Virus record (IMG/VR): IMGVR_UViG_3300022748_000181
Location: 1-59,688 of that record
Length of the DNA stretch: 59,688 bases
DNA from: a virus
Lineage: Duplodnaviria; Caudoviricetes
Strand: one strand, 5' to 3'
In this document: positions 39,698-49,730 of the stretch, one piece after another
How positions within the stretch are numbered: position 1 is the first letter of the stretch
How the letters are laid out: every line of letters starts with the position of its first letter
Notes under the pieces: model-generated
The model's input: the letters and a program-made list of their open reading frames with translations, nothing else
Databases searched by the model: none
What the model was told of the DNA's origin: nothing
Translations under genes and position numbers: made by a program

Positions 39698-42600
39698 TAA
39701 AATGTTCCTACTAGATTGTTACCAAGATTTAAATATGCTGCTGTTACCGCAGAAACAATAACGACATCGTTAACTGTTGCTGCACTGGTAATAATTTCCC
39801 AAGGTTCTGAATTGATTTGGAAGAAGTTACCAAAGACAAGATTGTTATTAGTCGGAACTATAACAACACTAGAGATATTCGGAGCCAATGTGGCATGCAA
39901 ATATGCTGCTAGTTCACTAAAATAAAATGTTTCACCAAAGTCCCAGTTGTTAATATCAAAGTAGGTATTAATTGCTGCAACAACTTGAGTCTTAATTTCA
40001 TTGTCAGTTAACCCAACGGTTGGATTTTTAACAACTTGAAACACTGCTCTCAAATTAGGATCTACTTTTTCGTTATTACCAAACAAAGGTTTAAACTTGG
40101 CAGGATTCCAAACAATAGAATCACTTACTGCTTTGTAGTTGTTTAAATCCGCAAAGTCAATTTCTAAACTGCTGATCGGAGGAGGATCAGGTTGAATTAG
40201 TTTACCAGTTAAATCGCGCAACCAAGTTAGGTAACTTGATGCATACGCATTGGTCAACACATAAGCATCAATGATGTTTACCGGTGTTGGGTCAATTCTG
40301 TTTCGTGATGGGACATTGTGCTTGTATTGGAAATACAATTCACCTCGTGTTAATTCTGTGCCAGCCACCGTAGAATATAAATCGGGATTGTCCGGTACTC
40401 CGGCTACCTGAGTGCTAGGACATCTTACCAATAGTTGTGTGTCATCCACGTATCCATCGGCTGCTGTTAATGTGTTATATACTTGCCATAATACATCCTG
40501 TCCAATTGGGTTAGATGAGTTTGGCATAGTATTGATCTTTAATACCTTGATACTGTCTGTAATGTTTACGCCAGTAGTTGAATCATAAACCCTTGCATTT
40601 GGATCAAAATAGAACTTGGTGCTGTTAACACTGCCAAATACATAATCAACTACCTTGTAATCAATATTGTATTGGCCGCCGCTATAGGTAAACTTCAATA
40701 ACCAGTTTGTCGAACTGCCAATATCTGCAGGCAATATGTTAACCCAGACTTGATTAACTTGATCAAATGTCAATCCGAAGTTAACCTTGGTACGAATTTG
40801 ACTAATCATTGTGCTGATTAGCTCATTGCTTAGGTCATTCTTATAAGGCGGAATAATGCAAGTTGCGCCGCCTAAATTCTCATCGCTCAATACTGCACCT
40901 GTCGGAACAACTGTACCAAAGGTAACTAAACTAGGAGTAGTGATGTCAGCATTGCTTACTGTGCTCTTTACAGCAGCATAGAACGACAATGTATCACTAG
41001 ACGAACCAGGAGTACCTTGTACAAGATTGTGCTGTGCATCAAAATAATAACCAGCTGGTGCAGAGAACTTTAAGCTAGCACCCGGTGCTACATACTTTAA
41101 GTTGCCTGATGTACCTGTGCCAATTTGCTGTGTGCTGTTGTTGTACTGTAGGTACCCGCTGCTGGTAACAGTTGAATTGCCAGTTTGTGCAAAAGCAACA
41201 TTGGCATGTGGGCTGTTATAGCGTTGGAATGTAGCGTAATAATAGTTTTTCATTTCCGAAGAATTAACAATTGGATTTACCTTGTTGTAAATTGCTTCGT
41301 AAATGTCGTTGGTAGTTAAAAAGTTAAAGCTAGTTGTCTTAACTGTGTTGTCTGATGATAATACTCCATCATCGCCAAAGATATTGGTGCTACTGTAGCT
41401 GCCTGTTGGATCAATGGCATCAAGATATAAACTTACACCACTGCTGGTACGGTTTACTGCTTTGATCTTTTGAATACTGCTGTGTGTAGTCTGCGGAAGG
41501 ATATTATAGTCCTCTGCAGAGATCATACGGTTCTGTGTATAATATTGTTGTGGTGCAGAACTCTTGATGCTAGACAAGCTAGGTGCAGCGTTGGCATTGG
41601 TAACAGTATACTTTAAACTTGCAGTGATAGACATAGTCTCAACACTGCCGGCCTTATTAATATAGCTGAACGAAATAGTTACATTAGACAAGTCATCGGG
41701 TGTCAATGAATATGTCAAGCCATTGCAGGTTCTGTAAAAGAACTTAAAGCTGCCTTGCGGTACATTAGCAAAGCTACCATCACCAAATACCAAATCAACT
41801 TGTTCGTTGTTTTTAGTATTAACCTGATACAAATTCTTTTCGCTCAAGTTGTTAAAGATTACGTTGATACCAGGTAATGCAGGAACACGGGACCACAATG
41901 TTTGAGGATTACCGTTTACATCTAATGCATATAACCACTGATCATCTGTTGTAATGTTGTTGGTTGCAATAGATACATAGTTGTTAGGAATTGCATTAGT
42001 AACGTTAAAGCTAGTTGAATTTAATGTACCTTGCTTGAAGTAGACAAAGAAACCAGTATTGTTGCTGCCATTGCCGTTCTTGTCGTTTCTATGCAATAGG
42101 TTAAAGGACCCAACCTTAGTAGGATCATCTTGATAAATGTAATTCTTACCAACTGTGGTTGCACTCACTGCTTCAAATGATACAGGTGTACCTTGTAGCT
42201 TTACGTTAAAACCGGCCACAGGCAGTGTGTTGGGATTCAAGTTGATACTGTACTCGTCAGTCTGTATTCCATTTAGAACTTGACTATTGCCGGGCTTGCC
42301 AATGGTCTCTGTGCTGTCCAATGATGCATTCAATATTGCTGTAAATTGTTCTAACCAACTGTCGTTTGTCAAATCATTCCAATGTACAGTAACATTAGAC
42401 AGATTAAGTCCGTTACTATCGTAAATTGATTCAGTTGTTTTGATACTGTCAATTTTTAACAAGCCCGATGCTGGATTACCGCGACCAGGATTGTAACTTA
42501 GCATACGTGCTAATTTTAAAATACTGTCTCTGCGTTGTGCTGTGTCAATGAAGTTTTCGCGAGCGTTTAAATCTGTGCGGAAAGCAAGACTTTGGCCCAA

Positions 42601-42810
42601 GAACGCAATCATGTCAATCAATGCCATGTATTCCGAACTTTCAATGAAGTCATTAAAAGTTTCCGGATAATACGTTTTGATGTAATTAACCATGGAATTA
42701 CGCAGCGTTTCGAAATCGTAGCTGGTAAAATCCGCGTTTGTGAACGTTTGGTAAATCTTGGTCCAATCCTGTTGTACCAAAAGATTTGTTTGACGAGTGC
42801 TCTGTGCCAT
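39697..42810 (-). CDS. gp6: Baseplate wedge protein (T4 gp6-like)
   Basis: DFETLR..M..Y, FNDFIESS, ENFIDTA..RDS..KLARMLSYNP, FGDG, QNRMISAEDY. Confidence 0.8.
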   Translation of the reverse strand: MAQSTRQTNLLVQQDWTKIYQTFTNADFTSYDFETLRNSMVNYIKTYYPETFNDFIESSEYMALIDMIAFLGQSLAFRTDLNARENFIDTAQRRDSILKLARMLSYNPGRGNPASGLLKIDSIKTTESIYDSNGLNLSNVTVHWNDLTNDSWLEQFTAILNASLDSTETIGKPGNSQVLNGIQTDEYSINLNPNTLPVAGFNVKLQGTPVSFEAVSATTVGKNYIYQDDPTKVGSFNLLHRNDKNGNGSNNTGFFVYFKQGTLNSTSFNVTNAIPNNYVSIATNNITTDDQWLYALDVNGNPQTLWSRVPALPGINVIFNNLSEKNLYQVNTKNNEQVDLVFGDGSFANVPQGSFKFFYRTCNGLTYSLTPDDLSNVTISFSYINKAGSVETMSITASLKYTVTNANAAPSLSSIKSSAPQQYYTQNRMISAEDYNILPQTTHSSIQKIKAVNRTSSGVSLYLDAIDPTGSYSSTNIFGDDGVLSSDNTVKTTSFNFLTTNDIYEAIYNKVNPIVNSSEMKNYYYATFQRYNSPHANVAFAQTGNSTVTSSGYLQYNNSTQQIGTGTSGNLKYVAPGASLKFSAPAGYYFDAQHNLVQGTPGSSSDTLSFYAAVKSTVSNADITTPSLVTFGTVVPTGAVLSDENLGGATCIIPPYKNDLSNELISTMISQIRTKVNFGLTFDQVNQVWVNILPADIGSSTNWLLKFTYSGGQYNIDYKVVDYVFGSVNSTKFYFDPNARVYDSTTGVNITDSIKVLKINTMPNSSNPIGQDVLWQVYNTLTAADGYVDDTQLLVRCPSTQVAGVPDNPDLYSTVAGTELTRGELYFQYKHNVPSRNRIDPTPVNIIDAYVLTNAYASSYLTWLRDLTGKLIQPDPPPISSLEIDFADLNNYKAVSDSIVWNPAKFKPLFGNNEKVDPNLRAVFQVVKNPTVGLTDNEIKTQVVAAINTYFDINNWDFGETFYFSELAAYLHATLAPNISSVVIVPTNNNLVFGNFFQINSEPWEIITSAATVNDVVIVSAVTAAYLNLGNNLVGTF

Positions 42811-42856
42811 ATTCTTTACCTATATCTTGTATTTATTAGGCGTATAATATGGCTAC

Positions 42857-43231
42857 TTAATTGGTAGTGATAGATTGCTTATTTCTGTCGAAATTCAAGG
42901 CTAATACATCAGACTGGTTTGTAGGTACATACGCCAACGTTAATTCGACTAAAATGCCGTTTTCTTGTTGTGTTACTGCCACTTGCCCTACACGTATTCT
43001 AGGGTCATACTGTGCAATTTTAGTGACGTCTTGTGTTATGATTTGTTGAGTGTCTTCGTTCAACGGTTCAAATAACATATCCCATATTATTGTGCCGAAG
43101 TTTGGCTGCATCAGCTTTTCGCCGCGGCGAATATTAAAGTAATTAACCAAGTCTTGTTTGGCAAGCTCAAAGTCAGTTAACTTATATTTTTTAGCATTGT
43201 TTTTAGTGCTGAAGCCGGAATATGTAATCAT
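42857..43231 (-). CDS. gp25: Baseplate wedge subunit (gp25/GPW family)
   Basis: RRGEKLMQPNFGTIIWDMLFEPL, YDPRI. Confidence 0.85.
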   Translation of the reverse strand: MITYSGFSTKNNAKKYKLTDFELAKQDLVNYFNIRRGEKLMQPNFGTIIWDMLFEPLNEDTQQIITQDVTKIAQYDPRIRVGQVAVTQQENGILVELTLAYVPTNQSDVLALNFDRNKQSITTN

Positions 43232-43239
43232 AGTAATAT

Positions 43240-43866
43240 TTATTGACTTAATACCACTATGGCATAACGACCGCTGTTAAATGCTGCGGCGCCGTTGCCT
43301 ATGTTTTCGTAGCGCCATTGGTAAGCAGCATTGCCTAACTCCCATCCCACATACATCATACCAGCCAGTACCTCAGCTGAGTCATTTTCTGTAACTGCAC
43401 CGCTTTGCAGTAGCATAGTATAGGTATCGTACAGTATTTGGTAGGATAAATGATCTTGCCCAACAGTGCTACCAAGGAACTCGCCGAGACTTTTTAAATC
43501 GTATAGGTAATTTCCATAGCTGTTGGTACTTCTAATGGCCATTTGCTTCCAACAGTTTTTGTAATTAACACAATCGTTTCCGTATGATTTGTTAGATCCG
43601 GTTATTAATAGTCCATAGCTTTCTAGCGTGGTACTGGTAAACTGGTATCTGCCTAATTCATTGTTTGTTCCGATTTTGCTGTAGTCCCATGTACTTTTGT
43701 CGTAGCCTATCTGAGCTTGCAGGTTACGTAACTGTACGCCGGTTAATACACCAATTGATGCCCAAGCAGGCACTTCCCCGGGAGCATCTGCACGATTAAT
43801 CCAGCTAATAGGTAGCGGAGTGCGTATCGGAGTGTTGGATGCTTGGATAATGCCGAGTTCAATCAT
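43240..43866 (-). CDS. Lysozyme-like-fold protein next to baseplate spike
   Basis: LGRYQF motif; ATGA-coupled to gp5-like gene. Confidence 0.45.
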   Translation of the reverse strand: MIELGIIQASNTPIRTPLPISWINRADAPGEVPAWASIGVLTGVQLRNLQAQIGYDKSTWDYSKIGTNNELGRYQFTSTTLESYGLLITGSNKSYGNDCVNYKNCWKQMAIRSTNSYGNYLYDLKSLGEFLGSTVGQDHLSYQILYDTYTMLLQSGAVTENDSAEVLAGMMYVGWELGNAAYQWRYENIGNGAAAFNSGRYAIVVLSQ

Positions 43867-45254
43867 TTGCTAGGTCTTTCCCATGGTTCATGTGCTGGAA
43901 CAACTGTACAGATAGATGACAATACCTTTGCGTTTGCTACCCAATTCTTTCCCAGGAATTCTGTATCTTTGTGCGGCTTGCCCAAGGTTGGCAACGGTGG
44001 CAGTGGGATGCCCGGAGCACCGCTGTTTAAACGTAGCATAGCACCCACTACGCTGGTATCTCCCACAGCAGACAATGTCAGACTTGCACCTGCTGTAACG
44101 CTGACTTTGGCCATGGCGCTGAGTGTTGCCATGCCTGCTGATTTTATGCTGGCGCTGATTAACGAACTCAATGACAACGACCCGCCGGAATAAATGCTTG
44201 TACTCATTGCGGATTTCATTGATATAGACATGGCATCCATGTTAATTGCTGAATCACTATGGAAATTAATTGGGCCCTTAGACCTCAAGTTAAATCCCCC
44301 AATGCCAAAAACGTTTATCTGGCCGTTTTCACTAAACTCAAGCCACTGGTTGCCACTGGAGCTAGCAATATACAGTATATTCTTGGTGTCATTCATTAAC
44401 ACTTGGTGACCGCCCGAAGTTCGTAATCGCATCAATTGATCATTGCCATCTGCATCACCATCATCCATAACAAACTGGTGGCCACCTTTTCTAAAGAAGA
44501 CCATTTGCGGTCTGCCTTCAATTTGATCGGTCATTGTGCCTTTGCGGCCCGGGGTACTAATTCCATATACATTGCTAGGGCTTTCACGTAGGCTACTAGA
44601 ACTAATCGCGCCTCTAATGGGATCTCTGTCAAGTCCCTGTTTGATCAATGTCATTGACTGGAATTCGTGCGGATAGCGAGGAGTATTTTCAAGTCCGTCT
44701 GCATTAAACACTTTAGAGTCACTGGTGTTGACTTCAACAACAGGCAATACACTATCTGCACTTAGATAAGGAGTAAGTGCATCACTTGGATCTTTGGTGT
44801 TGTTTGATCCACCAATATGTCTAGCAATGCCCGGAACCATATGATGACTTGGAGTATCGTAGATGCAGGCAAACCAATAACATCTACTCATGTCTCCGGC
44901 AGCAAAGGTAACTAGAACTTTATTACCAATGTCCGGAGGCACAAACCACATGCCGTAACTTTGCCCCGAAGTCATTGGATTGTCCGGAGCTTGTTGTGTG
45001 TCAGTTCCGTAGGTTGAACCAAAAAACGGACTTGCATAGCTAGCCGGGATAGCATCTATATCGCCTGTACCAATGTCTGTTGTTGCCCCGCCCCATTCCG
45101 GAATATTTACTAGTAATTGCCCTAGCCTACTGCCTTCAACAATACCTACTACTGTTGCTTCGTACGGGCCTGGGTCAGACACATAACCTGATATTTTAAA
45201 ATCAGATTTTGAGCTAACATCGCCACCAGACTTTCTTACTTGACTTGTTGCCAT
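43863..45254 (-). CDS. Baseplate central spike/hub (gp5/VgrG-like)
   Basis: N-terminal OB-fold (GQLLVNIP, YGMWFVPPDIGNKVLV.F); RTSGGHQVLMND; Ser/Ala-rich beta-helix repeats; PAHEPW. Confidence 0.75.
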   Translation of the reverse strand: MATSQVRKSGGDVSSKSDFKISGYVSDPGPYEATVVGIVEGSRLGQLLVNIPEWGGATTDIGTGDIDAIPASYASPFFGSTYGTDTQQAPDNPMTSGQSYGMWFVPPDIGNKVLVTFAAGDMSRCYWFACIYDTPSHHMVPGIARHIGGSNNTKDPSDALTPYLSADSVLPVVEVNTSDSKVFNADGLENTPRYPHEFQSMTLIKQGLDRDPIRGAISSSSLRESPSNVYGISTPGRKGTMTDQIEGRPQMVFFRKGGHQFVMDDGDADGNDQLMRLRTSGGHQVLMNDTKNILYIASSSGNQWLEFSENGQINVFGIGGFNLRSKGPINFHSDSAINMDAMSISMKSAMSTSIYSGGSLSLSSLISASIKSAGMATLSAMAKVSVTAGASLTLSAVGDTSVVGAMLRLNSGAPGIPLPPLPTLGKPHKDTEFLGKNWVANAKVLSSICTVVPAHEPWERPSK

Positions 45255-45266
45255 TTATTGAATTCC

Positions 45267-47345
45267 TTATTGCCTTGCTTGATTACCATCAGTTGGTGTG
45301 CTGCCTGGTACGTTTGTTTGAGTGTTGGTAGGCACTAATTGAGTTTGATTTGTTTTGCTAGTTGACACAGGATCCGAACGTTCAAGTTGACCGTTAGTTT
45401 GTACAGCAAAAACTTTTGCCACATCGCTGTTTATATATCTAGCTAGACTTAGTACCTGTTCAAATTTCCCTTGATAAAATCTCGACGAAATTGTTAATAT
45501 TCTATATTGCCCACTGAATAAACTTTTGCTATATCCAGGTAACGGTGTAACCAGTCCTTGGTTAATCGTTTCTGTGTCAATGTCTATTGGACTGTTGACA
45601 TTAACTTCAACAATTACATCGCCTGAATCCATGCGTACATGCCCGTATAACAAGGAAAACTCGGCCTGGCTTTGGCTGTCCCAACTGTTATATTTTTTGC
45701 TGGTATTTGGACTAGGAATATACAGCCAATCATCCTGCTTTAACAAAGTAGGGTCACCTACGATAGTTAACTCCAGCGACAACATATCTCCATTTAACGT
45801 TGTGTAAATTGACTTCATAACGTCAGACGCTATCTGTGCGGCAGGTCTACTAGACATGTTCATACCAATACTAGTATTGGGATCATTGACAATAGGTCTG
45901 TATACCATTGGGCTAATATTGGGCACACCGCCAGTTATAATAGCCGGATTTAATTTTATATTACGATCAATTGACTTGTTAGTAGGATCGTTTATATATT
46001 CATCTTCTAGTGTAGTTTGCGTAGATTCTGTTGCAGCAATTGCAGAAGTATATGCCTGAATGGCAGTGTAATATGTAGTATCAAAATCTAATTTAAAGTC
46101 TAATACGTCTACGTTTTTACCTGTGTAGTAATAGTCGTATACCTTGGATGTATATGCAGAACTATCGCTATACTTAGGCAAGTTCTTATGGTTATTGATC
46201 CAAGTCGGGTATTGATGGATACCATAAGTTATTTGCATAGGGTATCGGTTATTAATACCATCGAGGATGCCTGTAACAGAACCTTCACCGCCAAGATCAA
46301 ATCCTTCGTACTTTACCTTAACAACTGTCTTGAATGCATTAAACACATCAAAGTCTGATTTACTGCTGCTGCCTTCGAGACCAAGTTGTAACTTAATTAA
46401 GAAATCACTATGAGCCATTACCTTGTTGATAACATCAACAATAGGAGTTCCGCGAGGTATTGTAAAAGTTGATTCTTTGAGATTAATGACTTTGCCTTTG
46501 GTGCTGGCCTTATTGATAGGCAGCTCTTTATCATTGACTATACTACTAGCAGCAATGGTTGGGTCAATGTCAAAGTCTAAACCTTCAACCCATTCTGCTT
46601 GCCCTAGTAGTACTTGGTTTGCAAAATAAGAAAAGTACTGTCTAGATAATTCCTTAAAGAATTTTCCAACTGTGTCTGCTGTAACTGTAAAGTTCTTGGG
46701 CGTGGTATTATAGTTGCCAGGATAATGTGCAGAGTTTCCAGCAGCACAGAAATCTATTTTGTATTCTGCACCCTTGCTAGTAACGTTGACTTTTACTGAC
46801 CGTAATCTAATAGGAAAACGTTTTCTAAAGATCGACATTTGAGTACTAGGAATCGGTTCCCCGTCATCGTCGTACCCTTTAAAGTCTATCTGCAACATCA
46901 TTGGCTGTTGTGTATAGTTGTTATACTTCTTGCCATCGTAACTGGCTGCAACCAATTGGTCAATGAATGTAACGCCATAGGGCTCAACAATAGTCATTGA
47001 CCCATCTAACATGTTACTGCTTCTACTAGATTTATTTGGAGAGATAGTGGTGTTAAACTTGATCTCTTGTATGTTGTAGTTTAAGCCAGGACTGTTGGGT
47101 AGTCGTCTATCTGGGTATATTCCGCCGTCCTCGGCAATTACATAACTATCCGAGCCCGGTTCCCAAGACAACGCTGCATCAACGTCAGTTTGGTCCATTA
47201 GTTTGTTGTAGTCAACTACACTGAGCCACCATAGGCTAACCGAATATGTATAGCTGGCATAGTTGTGTAAGGGATTAGGGACCGGAACAGTCTTGATAGG
47301 CTTTTTGGCACTAACCACAACCTCGTTAAGAGTAATATCTGCCAT
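45267..47345 (-). CDS. Baseplate hub protein (gp27-like), putative
   Basis: Upstream of spike; LELTIVGDP and FSGQYRILTISSRF..GKFEQVL C-terminal motifs. Confidence 0.55.
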   Translation of the reverse strand: MADITLNEVVVSAKKPIKTVPVPNPLHNYASYTYSVSLWWLSVVDYNKLMDQTDVDAALSWEPGSDSYVIAEDGGIYPDRRLPNSPGLNYNIQEIKFNTTISPNKSSRSSNMLDGSMTIVEPYGVTFIDQLVAASYDGKKYNNYTQQPMMLQIDFKGYDDDGEPIPSTQMSIFRKRFPIRLRSVKVNVTSKGAEYKIDFCAAGNSAHYPGNYNTTPKNFTVTADTVGKFFKELSRQYFSYFANQVLLGQAEWVEGLDFDIDPTIAASSIVNDKELPINKASTKGKVINLKESTFTIPRGTPIVDVINKVMAHSDFLIKLQLGLEGSSSKSDFDVFNAFKTVVKVKYEGFDLGGEGSVTGILDGINNRYPMQITYGIHQYPTWINNHKNLPKYSDSSAYTSKVYDYYYTGKNVDVLDFKLDFDTTYYTAIQAYTSAIAATESTQTTLEDEYINDPTNKSIDRNIKLNPAIITGGVPNISPMVYRPIVNDPNTSIGMNMSSRPAAQIASDVMKSIYTTLNGDMLSLELTIVGDPTLLKQDDWLYIPSPNTSKKYNSWDSQSQAEFSLLYGHVRMDSGDVIVEVNVNSPIDIDTETINQGLVTPLPGYSKSLFSGQYRILTISSRFYQGKFEQVLSLARYINSDVAKVFAVQTNGQLERSDPVSTSKTNQTQLVPTNTQTNVPGSTPTDGNQARQ

Positions 47346-47348
47346 GGA

Positions 47349-47648
47349 TTACAGCCCCAACGATTGCTTAATTGTAGTTATAGATGGTACGTAAATAATT
47401 ACGCCCGTTTTAAAACTCAATAGAGGATCTACTAATGTGTCGGGATTTCTGATAGCAAACACCCACCATAGTCCTGCGTCTTTATAAAGGTCATAGGCCA
47501 ATAAATCAGGTCTCAAATTATAAGGTGAGTCAATTTGATAGATTGCATCATCAATTGCCGAGTTAATTGTTTTAGTATTCCATACGTCCAAGAAAGGGCC
47601 CCATGTGCCTGTTCCATAGTATGGGCTTGTCTTTGAATAGGTAGCCAT
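47349..47648 (-). CDS. Baseplate wedge LysM-like protein (gp53-like)
   Basis: RPDLLAYDLY...LWWVFA..N...DP. Confidence 0.75.
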   Translation of the reverse strand: MATYSKTSPYYGTGTWGPFLDVWNTKTINSAIDDAIYQIDSPYNLRPDLLAYDLYKDAGLWWVFAIRNPDTLVDPLLSFKTGVIIYVPSITTIKQSLGL

Positions 47649-48670
47649 TAAATAAATCCGCCATTGTTAGGGCGCTTATTGTTAATAGGAGCTTGACTGC
47701 GTCCAAATGCACTGGTTGCGCCTGCGCCGCCTGCTGTGTTTACCAATGCGCCAGCGGCAAAGTCAATTAATCCAAACTGTTGGCTTTGTGCTGTTCTACT
47801 GTAGACTGGTTGTAACGCAATAGTAATCGAACTAGTTGTGGGCATACGTGTGCTGTTCAATCTGTAATTGCTGTACTGAGGATTGTATGCCGAGAATCCA
47901 GATGTCACTGCCGGCTCCGGAATATCAATATAGTCGACATCCTGCGGCATAGTGTGACTAAAGCTGGTAACCACACACGGTACGTTAGGCAAGTAATACT
48001 GACCGTAACCGTTTAAGTAAACCAGTGGTGGTGGATTACCTGCTAGCCCAGATGGATCTTGCCCAAAGAACATTTTAGTGACTGCTCTAAAGAAATAGAT
48101 TGTGGCCAATAGGTATTGACCTTCGTTTACGTTTTGTACTGTGAACTCACCGGTTATGTTGATCGCCTGTACTTCGCTGTTGTCATAGAAATACTGCGTG
48201 TAGTTGCTATGCGTTAGCTTTTGAGGACTGTAGTTAGCAGTGTGGGTAACTTGTAATTGCGGAGTGTAGGGAAATATAACACCAACTCTACGTGCGCCGG
48301 AGCCACCTAGTCCAAAAATGTTACTGATGTTACTGGCAATGGGATTAGTTGAGCCGCCGCCTAATTCAGTGACTAGAGGGCTTAATAAGCTGTTGTTGGG
48401 GTCGTTGTAAAAATACTTGCTGTTAGGAGCAAGCGTGACCCTTACCCGCCAATCATTGCTGGCGTTAGGGTAAATCATTACGGGTTTGGGGTTAGTACCA
48501 GCAGCACGTTGGCTGTATTGAAACATGTCCGCTACGTTTTGGCGGGTGGACGCTTGGCTTAACCCAACTGAACCCAAGATACTTGATCTAAAAGACGCAC
48601 CAATTTGACTTGCAATTGAAGACGAATCTGGGGTAGAGCCCGGCAAAGGCATATTTGGCAGTACTGGCAT
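47648..48670 (-). CDS. Tail tube initiator / baseplate-tube junction protein (gp48/gp54-like), putative
   Basis: IFPYTP, GNPPPLVYLNGYG..LPNVPCVVTSFS; position at start of baseplate block. Confidence 0.55.
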   Translation of the reverse strand: MPVLPNMPLPGSTPDSSSIASQIGASFRSSILGSVGLSQASTRQNVADMFQYSQRAAGTNPKPVMIYPNASNDWRVRVTLAPNSKYFYNDPNNSLLSPLVTELGGGSTNPIASNISNIFGLGGSGARRVGVIFPYTPQLQVTHTANYSPQKLTHSNYTQYFYDNSEVQAINITGEFTVQNVNEGQYLLATIYFFRAVTKMFFGQDPSGLAGNPPPLVYLNGYGQYYLPNVPCVVTSFSHTMPQDVDYIDIPEPAVTSGFSAYNPQYSNYRLNSTRMPTTSSITIALQPVYSRTAQSQQFGLIDFAAGALVNTAGGAGATSAFGRSQAPINNKRPNNGGFI

Positions 48671-48691
48671 GATTATTTCCGATTTATAACA

Positions 48692-48698
48692 TATTTAT
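48692..48698 (-). promoter_or_regulatory. Late-promoter-like ATAAATA heading the baseplate/tail block
   Basis: Same motif also upstream of genes at 43237-43243, 42830-42836, 28307-28313, 22546-22552 (all minus), variant ATAAGTA at 24491-24497. Confidence 0.6.
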
Positions 48699-48753
48699 TA
48701 TGTTTTAAATATGGGGATTTAATGTTACGTTGCGGCTCTTTTTACTACATTGG

Positions 48754-48783
48754 TTGACTATTCAGACGTAAATATGTTACTAT
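48754..48783 (+). promoter_or_regulatory. Sigma70-type promoter for gp55-like gene
   Basis: TTGACT-18 nt-TACTAT with extended TG; AAGGA RBS before GTG at 48809. Confidence 0.55.
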
Positions 48784-48808
48784 AGTTGTACAAAATAAGG
48801 ATTTTATA

Positions 48809-49687
48809 GTGCGTCATAACTATCTCAACAACAAAGATATTCTTAAAGAAATTCATAAAAGTAAAAACACATACTGCACCTACACCGATCCTGCTTACGG
48901 TGATTATGATATGATTTTGCCAGAAGTTGGTAAAATAAACAAAAAGAACATCAAAGAAGCTCGACAAAATCGCGCCGAGCGCCTGGCAAAACTAGCACAC
49001 GAAGCAGACTTTGCTGCAACTGGTATTAAGAAAAAAGCAGATGAGTTCGAAATCAAACTCAAAGACATCAAAGATACAGACGTAGTATTTCGAGTCATGA
49101 CATGGGACCATATTCCAGTCGACGATGTCAAAAGTCGCAAGGCTGCACTTAAAGCAATGGAAGAAGAAGGATTGCCCACTAGCGAATACGATGACGATAG
49201 TGAGATTGATATTTCTAACAACACCAAGTACGTTAAAGTAAATTTCCCACCTTTCCAGCATTACATGGTAAACGAAGAAGGTGAATCCGTTTGTGTGGGT
49301 AAGAGCCACTGGCAAGGTGACTTAGTCGATGGCAAGTACTCTAGAGATCACGGCGCAATGACTAAAAAGTTAGCACACATGTTTATGAAGTTGTGCGAAA
49401 GATATGCTACACGTAGTAACTGGAGAGGATACACATACAATGACGAAATGCGTTCACAGGCTTTATTACAACTTAGTCAAATTGGACTCCAGTTCGACGA
49501 ATCCAAGAGTCAAAACCCTTTCGCTTACTATACGGCAGCAATTACTAACAGTTTTACGAGGGTGCTCAATATTGAAAAGCGTAACCAAAACATCCGAGAC
49601 GATATTCTTGAGATGAACAACCTGAACCCAAGTTACACTCGACAGGGCATGGGATTTGGTGGTGGCCACTACGATTCGGATGAGTAA
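48809..49687 (+). CDS. gp55: Late-transcription sigma factor (T4 gp55-like)
   Basis: HNYLNNKDIL; NWRGYTYNDEM...FDESKSQNPFAYYT...F.R....EK; synteny with gp47/gp46. Confidence 0.8.
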   Translation: MRHNYLNNKDILKEIHKSKNTYCTYTDPAYGDYDMILPEVGKINKKNIKEARQNRAERLAKLAHEADFAATGIKKKADEFEIKLKDIKDTDVVFRVMTWDHIPVDDVKSRKAALKAMEEEGLPTSEYDDDSEIDISNNTKYVKVNFPPFQHYMVNEEGESVCVGKSHWQGDLVDGKYSRDHGAMTKKLAHMFMKLCERYATRSNWRGYTYNDEMRSQALLQLSQIGLQFDESKSQNPFAYYTAAITNSFTRVLNIEKRNQNIRDDILEMNNLNPSYTRQGMGFGGGHYDSDE

Positions 49688-49694
49688 ACTAGAT

Positions 49695-49724
49695 TTGATT
49701 TCACTGTAACTATTTTGCTATACT
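49695..49724 (+). promoter_or_regulatory. Sigma70-type promoter, probably leaderless transcript of gp47
   Basis: TTGATT-18 nt-TATACT with extended TG; ATG 6 nt downstream; no SD. Confidence 0.5.
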
Positions 49725-49730
49725 GAATCA

